A stretch of DNA of 64,000 nucleotides from Leptolyngbyaceae cyanobacterium (lineage in GTDB: Bacteria > Cyanobacteriota > Cyanobacteriia > Phormidesmidales > Phormidesmidaceae), in NCBI GenBank assembly GCA_965263355.1, contig CBDHHL010000032.1, positions 576,001-640,000 of the forward strand, written 5' to 3'. Position 1 is the first letter of the stretch. Each line of letters starts with the position of its first letter. A model generated the notes under the pieces. It had not been told where the DNA came from, searched no databases, and saw nothing but the letters and a program-made list of their open reading frames with translations. Below are positions 10,480-19,810 of the stretch, piece by piece. Both the position numbers and the translations under genes were made by a program.

Positions 10480-10974
10480 ATGGTCAAGCAGTGGTTATGG
10501 GGTTCACTTTTAGGATTAACAATGGTTTTACCTGGGACAGTTGCCCTGGCCCAGACCGAAGCAAAACCAGAGCCGGAAGATGCTTATACCAGGGCAATGA
10601 ATTTGGGCTATACCTACGCCAATCAGTTTGATTATCAAACAGCGCTGATTAACTTCCGTCGGGCCTTGGAAGAACGACCTGAGGATGTATATGCGATTAA
10701 TGCGATCGCAAACATGGAAGATTTCATCGAACGCAATCGTTTAGCCGCCATTCAAGCAGAAGTCGATAAACTGCAGTCCCGCCTAAACCTGGCTGCCCAA
10801 ACCAAAGATTGGGTTTGTGTGGTTACCACCGTTGATGCACTCATTCCCTATACCGAAGGGTTAGAGCGTGCACGCCTGACTGGTTATCGCAGTCAGCTCA
10901 CCGGAGTACTGGACTCCCGCACAGATGTAGAATTTTGGTCTACCGTATGTGAACCGGATGAACCTCTGCAGTAA
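10480..10974 (+). CDS. Secreted TPR-like protein
   Basis: Signal peptide followed by YTRAMNLGY...ALINFRRALEERP (TPR-like helix pair). Confidence 0.7.
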   Translation: MVKQWLWGSLLGLTMVLPGTVALAQTEAKPEPEDAYTRAMNLGYTYANQFDYQTALINFRRALEERPEDVYAINAIANMEDFIERNRLAAIQAEVDKLQSRLNLAAQTKDWVCVVTTVDALIPYTEGLERARLTGYRSQLTGVLDSRTDVEFWSTVCEPDEPLQ

Positions 10975-11042
10975 GGGGGCAGGAGCTTTGACGATGCACT
11001 AGTTTCTAAGCTGCTGATTTCTAACTCTTGACTTCTGACGTC

Positions 11043-12014
11043 TTATTCACTTAGCTTGCCGTCCTGAGACAGTGTCTTACCGGTAAGTGCTGCTTCCAGG
11101 AATTGCTGAGGTGGATCAATGTAGCGCCCATCCAGCTTGACTCGAAAGTCATGATGTTCACCCGAGCCCAGGCCACTGTTACCCGTTAAAGCGATCACAT
11201 CACCACTTTTAAAGGTGCCCGAACGGCACTCATTCTCCAGCAGGTGTAGGGACTGAAATACTAGCTGAGGGAAAGACTCCGTGGTTTGATCCGCTACCCA
11301 GCCGCCCCCATCAACATCCCACCAACAGTCCACGCTCACCTGGTCCCCAGCCACCCCAACGGCATACACTGGCGTTCCTGAAGGGGTAGCTACATCCACG
11401 CCATTGTGAGGCACGTTAACCGCTCCCGTTACGGGATGCACTGGACGAATCCGCATGTGGTCAGTCACCTCATAGCCCGCAACCGTATCCCCCGTTTTCA
11501 AAGTCAGGGCATTCTCTAGATCAACCGTGGCTTTTTTAGCCCCCGATAAACGCAAATCCAATACATATAAAATCGGCAATAAAATTAGCGCAGCACAGGT
11601 TGCTGTCAGCACAATCTTCGGGAGTCTGACCAAGGAAAACCTGAATGGTTGAGACCTCTTTTGAGCAGTCGAGTGAGACCTTACCGGAGTATCGACTGAA
11701 TCTAGGGGCCACGTGGTGACAGATCCTGTGGTTGAAGTGGAAGTATCCGCTGTAAACATCCCGTCTGGCTGAGCACCTGGAACTGTCTGAGCTGCGTCAA
11801 CAGGCGGACCGACTTCGTCTGCAGCCACTACAGCTAGTTCACCATTGCCTAATTTTTCTAGCAGTTCCGAAATACTGCCACAACCGACCGCTTGTGCCGC
11901 TGCTTTTGAACCATGCCAGGCCCTTGCCGAAACAGTGACAGTACAGCGGCGTTTGGTCAGAGTAACGGTTGACTGAGAAACATTATTCACCAGAAGACAT
12001 AGCCTCAAGGACAT
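11043..12014 (-). CDS. M23-family metallopeptidase with a TM helix and an N-terminal RHH-like segment
   Basis: HPVTG, HNGVD (HxxxD), GTPVYA and TGNSG..GEHHDF; hydrophobic TM near aa 135-152. Confidence 0.85.
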   Translation of the reverse strand: MSLRLCLLVNNVSQSTVTLTKRRCTVTVSARAWHGSKAAAQAVGCGSISELLEKLGNGELAVVAADEVGPPVDAAQTVPGAQPDGMFTADTSTSTTGSVTTWPLDSVDTPVRSHSTAQKRSQPFRFSLVRLPKIVLTATCAALILLPILYVLDLRLSGAKKATVDLENALTLKTGDTVAGYEVTDHMRIRPVHPVTGAVNVPHNGVDVATPSGTPVYAVGVAGDQVSVDCWWDVDGGGWVADQTTESFPQLVFQSLHLLENECRSGTFKSGDVIALTGNSGLGSGEHHDFRVKLDGRYIDPPQQFLEAALTGKTLSQDGKLSE

Positions 12015-12132
12015 TATTCTGCCCTTCGGCAGAAAGGACAGTATTCTACCCTTCGGCAGAAAGGACAGTATTCTGCCCTTCGGCAGAAAGGACAGTATTC
12101 TGCCCTTCGGCAGAAAGGACAGTATTCTGCCC
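12007..12132. repeat. 27-bp tandem repeat, about 4.7 units, each containing a hairpin
   Basis: AAGGACAGTATTCTGCCCTTCGGCAGA at 12007, 12034, 12061 and 12088, partial at 12115; no spacers. Confidence 0.95.
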
Positions 12133-12257
12133 CTTATCCTACTGGAATCCAGCTGAAAGACAAGACAAACCTGACAGGTTGAGCAGTCCTATAGCGCATA
12201 ACCACAACAACCGCCCGACACAGTATAGAATAAGGCCGTCCTGCATCAGACCTAGCC

Positions 12258-12786
12258 GTGAAGTCCATCGCAGATATCCAGGCACTGATCCGTGAGATAC
12301 CCGACTTTCCCAAACCAGGTATCCTCTTTCGAGACATCACCACACTGCTACAAAATGCCGATGGCCTCAAAGCCACCATTGATTTGATGGCAGCACAGGT
12401 CACCGACTTACAGCCAGACTGTATCGTCGGCATTGAATCTAGAGGCTTTATTTTTGGCATGCCCCTGGCGTATCAACTTGGTCTAAGCTTTATTCCCGTA
12501 CGTAAACCCGGCAAACTCCCCGCCGCTGTCCATCAGGTATCCTATGACCTGGAATACGGTCAAGACAGCCTGGAAGTCCATCAAGATGCCCTAAATGAGG
12601 GCCAACGGCCCTTTGATTGTGGATGACTTGCTGGCTACAGGTGGCACCGCCGCTGCCACAGCAAAAATGATCGAGCAAACCGGGGCAACAATCGCAGGCT
12701 TCAGCTTTCTCATTGAGTTAAGTGACCTGAACGGTCGCCAAAAGCTACCCGATGGCATTCCTGTGACAACTTTAATATCATACTGA
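12258..12786 (+). CDS. apt: Adenine phosphoribosyltransferase, split by a frameshift near 12608
   Basis: [24 protein letters not shown] and VRKPGKLP in one frame; [12 protein letters not shown] (PRPP-binding motif) continues in another frame. Confidence 0.9.
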
Positions 12787-12796
12787 AATGCCTTTC

Positions 12797-12824
12797 ATAG
12801 GGGCATTGCATGCAACGCCTCTAC
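12797..12824. repeat. Degenerate GTAG-type REP palindrome
   Basis: ATAGGGGCATTGCATGCAACGCCTCTAC, immediately downstream of apt. Confidence 0.7.
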
Positions 12825-12876
12825 GGCTCACATCCCAGAATTTTGCGCCTGATTGCCGCCAACTTTTTTCCTGCCC

Positions 12877-13929
12877 ATGACTGCAGAACCAACGTTCAAC
12901 CAATCTCGGTCCCCGCTGCAAACATTGCAGATGGTGCTCACCAGTGAGACGACACTCTATGTATTCAAACGCATTCTGCAGGCATTACTCACGTTACTGC
13001 TCGCCTCAGTCTTTAGCTTTTTTATCATTCAGCTAGCCCCCGGTGACTTTCTAGATGCCGCTCGGCAAAACCCCCAGATTTCTCCAGAAACCATTGAACA
13101 ATTTGAAGCCCAGTTTGGTCTTAATAAACCCATCTGGCAGCAATACTTTCAGTGGCTTTACCAGGTAGTCTTCAAATTCAACTTTGGTGAGAGTTTTGCC
13201 TACCAACGTCCGGCGGTAGAGGTTTTAGCGGAGCGGATCCCAAACACATTATTACTATCCATTGCATCAATTCTTGTCACCTGGGCCATTGCCATCCCAT
13301 TGGGCATCATTGGTGCGGTCAATCACAATCAGTTTACTGATCGTATTTTGCGAGTACTCAGCTACATCGGCCAGGGGTTTCCTGCGTTGATTACGGGTCT
13401 ATTACTTTTGTTTTTTGCTCAGCTGACCGCCCCTTTATTTCCCGTCGGTGGACGCACCAGCATCAACCATGACGACCTCAACTGGATTGGCAAAATCCTG
13501 GATGTCGGCTGGCACATGATTTTGCCTACATTGGCCCTGAGCATCACCAGCTTTGCTGGCCTACAACGCCTAATGCGGGGACAAATGCTAGACGTACTGC
13601 GGCAAGATTATATTCGTACCGCCCGTGCTAAAGGCTTACCAGAAAATCAGGTGATTTATACCCACGCCCTACGCAATGCTATTAATCCGTTAATTACGTT
13701 GCTTGGGTTTGAGTTTGCCAGCTTACTCAGTGGTGCCTTTATCACAGAATATTTCTTTGGCTGGCCAGGGTTAGGACGTTTAACATTACAAGCTGTTCAG
13801 TCCCAGGATTTGTATCTGATCATGGCCAGTTTAATGATGGGGGCCACCATGCTAATCATTGGTAACCTATTGGCCGACTTGGCGTTATCCTTTGTGGATC
13901 CGCGCATTAAACTTTCAAAGATGAATTAG
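12877..13929 (+). CDS. Peptide/nickel ABC transporter permease (OppB/DppB family)
   Basis: LAPGD, DYIRTARAKGL (EAA loop), WPGLG and DPRI. Confidence 0.9.
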   Translation: MTAEPTFNQSRSPLQTLQMVLTSETTLYVFKRILQALLTLLLASVFSFFIIQLAPGDFLDAARQNPQISPETIEQFEAQFGLNKPIWQQYFQWLYQVVFKFNFGESFAYQRPAVEVLAERIPNTLLLSIASILVTWAIAIPLGIIGAVNHNQFTDRILRVLSYIGQGFPALITGLLLLFFAQLTAPLFPVGGRTSINHDDLNWIGKILDVGWHMILPTLALSITSFAGLQRLMRGQMLDVLRQDYIRTARAKGLPENQVIYTHALRNAINPLITLLGFEFASLLSGAFITEYFFGWPGLGRLTLQAVQSQDLYLIMASLMMGATMLIIGNLLADLALSFVDPRIKLSKMN

Positions 13930-13933
13930 ATCC

Positions 13934-14338
13934 ATGCAGCCATTTCGCTCCTATAGCGGTCTTCTCGTCGGATTTATTATATTTGGCATTGTGATTTGGC
14001 TAGCTAACCGAGTCCACGGTGAGCTAAATGATCCAGGATTCGCCCAAACCGTACTGATTGCTGTTTCTGGCTGGGCAGGGGGCTGGCTGGTGGGGTTCTT
14101 AGTCGCCCCCAATACCAGTAATGAACTTAAAAATCTCTCCCAGGCAACATCCACCATCAGCGCCTTTGTCGCCGGGTTTATTATGGCCAAGATCGAGCCC
14201 TCATTTACTCCTATCTTTGCCGATGGTCGATTAATGAATGAACCCATCTACGGCATTCGCGTAATGATTTTCGTCATCTGCTTTGTGGTCGCTGCCATTA
14301 ACATGTATGTATTCCGTGAGTTCAACGGACGATTTTGA
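13934..14338 (+). CDS. Hypothetical membrane protein
   Basis: About four hydrophobic segments; packed tightly between co-oriented genes. Confidence 0.6.
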   Translation: MQPFRSYSGLLVGFIIFGIVIWLANRVHGELNDPGFAQTVLIAVSGWAGGWLVGFLVAPNTSNELKNLSQATSTISAFVAGFIMAKIEPSFTPIFADGRLMNEPIYGIRVMIFVICFVVAAINMYVFREFNGRF

Positions 14339-14346
14339 GAAAGCCT

Positions 14347-14973
14347 ATGTATGCTGTCGTTTCTCCAGAAAAAATTCAACTACGGCCAGGTACGGTTATG
14401 CGGATGCCCGGCAGCTGGGACGATTACCAACGTTTGGCTCAGCAGCGAGGGGATTCGTCCATTCCACGCATCAAGTATCGTGATGGAGAGATTTTACTGA
14501 TGGCTCCATTACCAGTGCATGGTCGCGATGCCCATATACTGGGTCAAATTGCAACAGTGTTGTTGGAGCATAGGGAACAAGATTACGAGGCATTCACACC
14601 TATAACAATTGACCTGCCAGAAGCAGGGGGGATTGAACCAGACTACTGTTTTTACATTGATAATTGGCAAACGGTCGTTGGGAAATGGCGTATTGATTGG
14701 CAGAGTGATCCGCCACCAGATTTAGTTATTGAGGTGGATGTGACTAGCTTTACAGCTGCTGAGGATTATCTGCCCTACCGTATTCCAGAGGTGTGGATCT
14801 GGAAGAATAGGGCATTACAAATTTATCAACTCAGTGAAGATGGTTACACGCCTGTTTCCCAGAGTCGTTTCTTTCCAGAGTTATCTGTGCCAGAACTCGT
14901 TAACAAATGTTGGCAGCAGGCCTATGAACAAGGTACCAGCGTTGCTATCAAACACTTAAAGCAGTCTCTTTAA
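14347..14973 (+). CDS. Uma2-family putative endonuclease
   Basis: GIEPDYCFY, PPPDLVIEVD and IPEVW motifs. Confidence 0.88.
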   Translation: MYAVVSPEKIQLRPGTVMRMPGSWDDYQRLAQQRGDSSIPRIKYRDGEILLMAPLPVHGRDAHILGQIATVLLEHREQDYEAFTPITIDLPEAGGIEPDYCFYIDNWQTVVGKWRIDWQSDPPPDLVIEVDVTSFTAAEDYLPYRIPEVWIWKNRALQIYQLSEDGYTPVSQSRFFPELSVPELVNKCWQQAYEQGTSVAIKHLKQSL

Positions 14974-15067
14974 GTGTTTCAAATCACTCAAGCTCTGAGT
15001 GCATAAAGATTGACTGGATCCTCGAAAATTCATTACGGTGATAGTGTTATCGCTACGGTGACTCTCG

Positions 15068-16006
15068 ATGACACACCATCAGGAACTAGAACAACAGGCC
15101 CTGAAACTTACAGTCTTTGGCAATGCAGGCATGGTTCTGCTAGGTGTCGTTTTTGCTGTGATCAGCTCGTCTGAGGCAATTCTGTTTGATGGGGTGTTTT
15201 CGGGGATTCATTTGGCGATTTCCTTACTTTCACTGCGGGTGGCGCGTTTGCTGTATCTGCCCGAGGATAAGGAGTTTCCCTTTGGCTATGCCATGTTTGA
15301 GCCGTTGCTAAACCTGGGTAAGGGGTTGGTGATTGCGATTGTGGCGCTGTTTGCGCTGTTTTCGTCGGTGGAGTCGATTTTAAATGGGGGGCGATCGATT
15401 GAGGCTGGGGTGGCCATTTGGTATGCGATCGCAGCCTCCACCGGTTGCCTCATCCTTGCTTGGCAACAATACCGCTATGCCCAAGCCAGCCATTCCCCCA
15501 TCCTGGATGTAGATGCCAAAAACTGGCTAATCGACGGGTTGATCAGTGGAGCTGTGGCTGTCGCATTTGGGCTGATTCTAATGTTGCAACGCAGCTCATT
15601 CGTAGCCTTAGCTCCCTATGCTGACCCGGCTTTAGTAATTTTGCTAGTGCTATTTGTCTTACCGATTCCCATCCAAACAGTGCGAGACAACTGGGCTCAA
15701 CTTATGGGACAAGCACCAGCCGATCCCCTACGACAACAGGTAAGCGATATTGTGGGGACTGTACTAAAACCGTTACCCCATGAGGATTATCACCTACGCC
15801 CTTTGATGACAGGACGGTTAATCTACGTACAGGTATATGTCAAAGTTAGTAAACAACAGGCAAGCGAGTATGGTGTGGCTCAGGTGGATCAAATGCGGAG
15901 ACAGCTTTACCAACGGTTGCAGGATGCTTTTCCCTATCTGGCGATGGATCTGATTGTGACGTGCGATAGAAACTGGATTCACCGCGCCATAATGCCTGCG
16001 GACTAA
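15068..16006 (+). CDS. Cation diffusion facilitator family transporter
   Basis: SEAILFDGVFS, FPFGY and WLID motifs; six TMs plus a C-terminal domain. Confidence 0.85.
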   Translation: MTHHQELEQQALKLTVFGNAGMVLLGVVFAVISSSEAILFDGVFSGIHLAISLLSLRVARLLYLPEDKEFPFGYAMFEPLLNLGKGLVIAIVALFALFSSVESILNGGRSIEAGVAIWYAIAASTGCLILAWQQYRYAQASHSPILDVDAKNWLIDGLISGAVAVAFGLILMLQRSSFVALAPYADPALVILLVLFVLPIPIQTVRDNWAQLMGQAPADPLRQQVSDIVGTVLKPLPHEDYHLRPLMTGRLIYVQVYVKVSKQQASEYGVAQVDQMRRQLYQRLQDAFPYLAMDLIVTCDRNWIHRAIMPAD

Positions 16007-16131
16007 CAACTGCAAGCAACACACCAGGTAACAGATTACATCCCTCTGTGAGAATGCCTCCCCCTCGACGACTTAACCCTATCACCCAGCGTACTACAGC
16101 TGTTACTTATCGTGTGCTTCCCCTCAGCGAT

Positions 16132-17133
16132 TCACTGGAGCTTAAACCGCCCATAGCAAAGTCGTCTGTCTGGAACAACGTCTGAAAACACTTCATTAGA
16201 GGGCGTCTTGGCCATCTCTAGCGCGACCTGATGTGCCCGTTGTCGTAACGTCCTCCCCTTACCAAACCAGCTATTTAAAACTCTTTCTTCTTCTGAACTT
16301 CCATACTGGTGATCTAACCATTGCGTGATGGCATTGTAAGCATCCCACAGGGTTTTGCCACGATTGCCAATTCCTTGCTCAAAGTTCTGCAACAATTGGG
16401 ACTGGACTGACGACAATCTTGTCATGCGAACACCTAGCACTCGGCCCATGTAGGTATTGAGTAGTTCCTGAGTAATTTCTTGATTTGCCATCGCCTGGTA
16501 CTCTTCGACACAAATCTCAAATTCTCGCTTAGTTAGATCCACCAGATTCTGGACTTTGGCTAATTGGTCTTCCAAATTAAGAGTATGAGGAATGCAAACA
16601 GCTTTGCGTTGCCATAAATCACCAAAGCGGTGAGCAGCAGCTCCGGCCAGCGTGTTCATACAGACCACACGAATGGGAGTAAACTGCAGCCAGACAGCCG
16701 TTGAACCATCATGGGAGTTATGCAACAGCAGGTAAGGACGTACCCGATCTTCAGGACTGATGTTACCTTCAATATTCTTAACTCTGGCAAGAACCCAAAT
16801 GCGTCGTCCTTGCTGAAGACTGCCCGCTGCGTTTAGTTCAATAGTTCCGTTTTCCAGGAGGGGATCAAACCAACGAAAAGCAGCGTCATTTTGTAGCGGA
16901 GTGTAGTCGTGGTTGACGGTGCCAAGTAGATGCTGGTCGCGATCGCGTATCAGCTTTTTCTTAAGAATTGCTTCATCACTGTTGGCTTGAATGATCGGTT
17001 CCTCAATTACTTGCCAATCCAGTCCTGCCTGAACGATGGCATGTTCGGTCGTGGGAGCATTTTTCAGAACGGTGCCTAACCGGTGCCATGCTGGCTGAGC
17101 AACAAAAAAGCCAGATTCAAATTGATGGGCCAT
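16132..17133 (-). CDS. DUF932 phage/plasmid-like protein (TIGR03299-like)
   Basis: PAWHRLG, AGLDW, LLLHNSHDGS, TPIRVVCMNTL and TLWDAYNAITQWLDH. Confidence 0.85.
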   Translation of the reverse strand: MAHQFESGFFVAQPAWHRLGTVLKNAPTTEHAIVQAGLDWQVIEEPIIQANSDEAILKKKLIRDRDQHLLGTVNHDYTPLQNDAAFRWFDPLLENGTIELNAAGSLQQGRRIWVLARVKNIEGNISPEDRVRPYLLLHNSHDGSTAVWLQFTPIRVVCMNTLAGAAAHRFGDLWQRKAVCIPHTLNLEDQLAKVQNLVDLTKREFEICVEEYQAMANQEITQELLNTYMGRVLGVRMTRLSSVQSQLLQNFEQGIGNRGKTLWDAYNAITQWLDHQYGSSEEERVLNSWFGKGRTLRQRAHQVALEMAKTPSNEVFSDVVPDRRLCYGRFKLQ

Positions 17134-17643
17134 GGGTTAACTTCCTGAGCCAAGGATTAACCCTAATGTAGCGCTGAATTTATCAAATGGATTTATTGTT
17201 CAGCAATGGATTTAATTAGGATTAGCAGCAAGCTTGTCATAGTAAACCTAATTCTAGAATGGGTAGAGGGCTTTTATGAGACAACAGTTTTTCATAACAA
17301 TGAACCGATTGCCTCACCACTGTTTACTCAATTGGAAATAGACGCATTTAAACTTACGGCTAACCAGATTTTACAAGTGCGATAAACGCTATCCTAAATC
17401 CCCATAGAAAGATCTGTTAAAAACCGTGATGTGAGATCGCAACTGGATTCACTTGCTTAGCAAAAATCTCACTTAACCCCCATGACTAGCGCTGTCATGG
17501 TCTAATCATGGGGATAATCTGTTTTCAGCCTTCAACCCTGTGGTCATTCTGAACCCAAAAATCAGATCAGTTAAGCTTCGCAACAGGACCATAGGCGATT
17601 AGGGACTTTTCTCGTAGCGTAGGGATAAAGCAAGTGACGTCCT

Positions 17644-17928
17644 ATGTTTACCAAGTCCTACTACTTACTGCGCTCCACCCATGATGGGCAATATCTAGCT
17701 GCTAAGCCACGAAACCAGGAATCTAAGGGCTTTCTGATGTTGTTTAATGCTGACTACGACGCCCTTAGCTACGTTAATCACCATGCCGCTGAAGTGGCCA
17801 ATCGCTTTGCGGTGGAACCCATCAGCGGTCAGCAGCTTAAACATATGATGGACCGATGGGGCTATGAAGGTATTGGAGTAGTCAACGATCCCCTGATACC
17901 TCAGGTAGATTTTTTGAAACGCAATTAA
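17644..17928 (+). CDS. Small cyanobacterial hypothetical protein
   Basis: 94-aa ATG ORF with normal composition (YYLLRS..DGQYLAA); resembles a conserved cyanobacterial family as I recall it. Confidence 0.7.
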   Translation: MFTKSYYLLRSTHDGQYLAAKPRNQESKGFLMLFNADYDALSYVNHHAAEVANRFAVEPISGQQLKHMMDRWGYEGIGVVNDPLIPQVDFLKRN

Positions 17929-18056
17929 CGGTTGGTGTAGCGTAGAGCAAATGCCTATTCACACAACAACCGTTTTAACGGTAACAAATCAGGCAAATAA
18001 TCTCACAGATCATTCGCCTGATAGTTAACATTTAGCCTGAAATACTTGTCGTCAAA

Positions 18057-19570
18057 CTAGCCCAGCAGATCAACGACCTCTGCCGCATTGTAAGCAACAT
18101 TGCCTACTTCATAGGCCTCAACGTTGGTAATGGTTTGAGTCCAGTTGCTGCTTTGACCTCTCTTGTTCTCAGTACCGACAATTTCAATACTGTTATCCCC
18201 CAATAGGGATATAGACATGGTGGTATTGTCGAAAAAGTCTAGTTTTACAAAATCCCAGCCCTTACCACCGTCAATTTCAGCCGTACCAATGCCGGTGTCA
18301 AACACATCTACACCATCACCTCCGTTAATGATGGCATCATCTAGATCCAGATTGACGCCGCGCACAAAAAAGGTATCTTTGCCGCTATCACCGTTCAACG
18401 TACCTTGACGGACGCCCACGGAACTGCCACCCAAAAAACGACTGTTCCCAGTGACATCAATTTCAATCAAATCATGGCCGAGACCGCCATTAATGCTGCC
18501 CTGGAAAAGGCCCAGATAGGTGCCACTGCCCACAGGGGAGTTGGGAGTACTATTGCTACTGGAAACGTTGATTTGGATAACATCCTTACCATTACCACCG
18601 TTGACAGTGGCTCTGTTAACGCCAATGACGTTAAAATCACCGCCAGCACCAAGGCTACTCTGATTGGAGACATTAATCTCAATTCTGTCTGCACCGTCGC
18701 CACCGTCAACGACACTGCCCAGGTAAACGCCGTAGCTATCTATATTTAGACTTGCGGCCGCACTGCCAAATGCTTTAGCAGAGATTGTGATGACATCTTT
18801 ATCAGCACCACCCAGAACATTGGAGCCAAACCCCACGGCAACGGCCCGGCTCTCTGGACTGAACCGTCCACTGGTGGAGGCTTCTGCCGAGATGCTAAGC
18901 ACATACCTTTACCACCGTCCACGGTGGAACCACCACTCACACCATTACTGATGCCGGAACGACCATCTTTGCCATTACTGATAGCCTTAGAGGTGATAGT
19001 AATGTGATCAGCTGAATTACCGGCCAAAATTGTTGAGTTCTCTACCGCCGTAGCACCGCCGATACCGCTGACTGTCGCCCCTAAGGAAGAGCCCTCCGCA
19101 TTGATGGAGATAGTGTCTCGTCCAGTCCCCGTATCAACGGTACTGCTAAGCACTCCCGTACTTTTAGACGATGTGCCAGCAAGAGGATTGTCAGCCCGTG
19201 CAATACTGTCAATTGTGACCAGGTCACCGCCGTTGCCGGTATCAAGGGTGGAACCTTGAAATCCAATACTTTTGGCTACTGTGCCGGACAAAACGTTACT
19301 GGCAATCGTAACTGTATCACTATCGTTAGCCATATCAATGGTAGCTGTTTCCATGCCAATCCCACTGGCCTGTACCGTAGACAGCGGAGCGGTACTAATA
19401 TCAACGATCGCATCAATAGTATCCTGTCCAGCAAAGCTATCGATGGTTAGATTGGTAGCGGCAATGCCTGTTAAAACGTTGTTGAGAATGATGGCGTCGG
19501 CATTTAAAATCTCTCCCAAATAGGAATCGGCCTGGGGCGTGCCCTGAAAGTTGCCTGTTAATTGAGCCAT
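18057..19570 (-). CDS. RTX-like calcium-binding secreted protein, frameshifted near 18903
   Basis: Repeated GGxGxD-like motifs (DTGNGGD, DGGDGAD, NGGNGKD, NGGDGVD) run across both overlapping ORFs; the junction reads DGGKG / (D)VLSIS in different frames. Confidence 0.75.
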
Positions 19571-19810
19571 TCTTGAGTATTTCTAGCTTAAATAGATGAA
19601 ATTCTGAAATTTAAGTGCGGTCCCCATATTATTTTTGCAAAAAACGTCTACTTGCTAAGTAAAGCACTGTAAAGCTTTTTGCCATCAAGCACTACTCTAA
19701 TGTTTAGAGACTATTTTTCTTTCATGAAAGTTCCTAGAACAACATGTCTTAAGGACTGTCGCAACTAAGGGCATTACTTAAGAAAAACAGAATTTTTAGT
19801 TAACGGGTGG

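Noticed and set aside
12007..12132. CRISPR array
   Set aside because: Units are contiguous with no unique spacers, and there are no cas genes.
11969..12295. 108-aa ORF with FCPSAERTV repeats
   Set aside because: It is a translation of the 27-bp DNA repeat and overlaps both neighbouring genes.
14347..17133. Prophage or defence island around Uma2 and DUF932
   Set aside because: Uma2 genes are abundant and scattered in cyanobacteria, and I saw no integrase, structural genes or att repeats.
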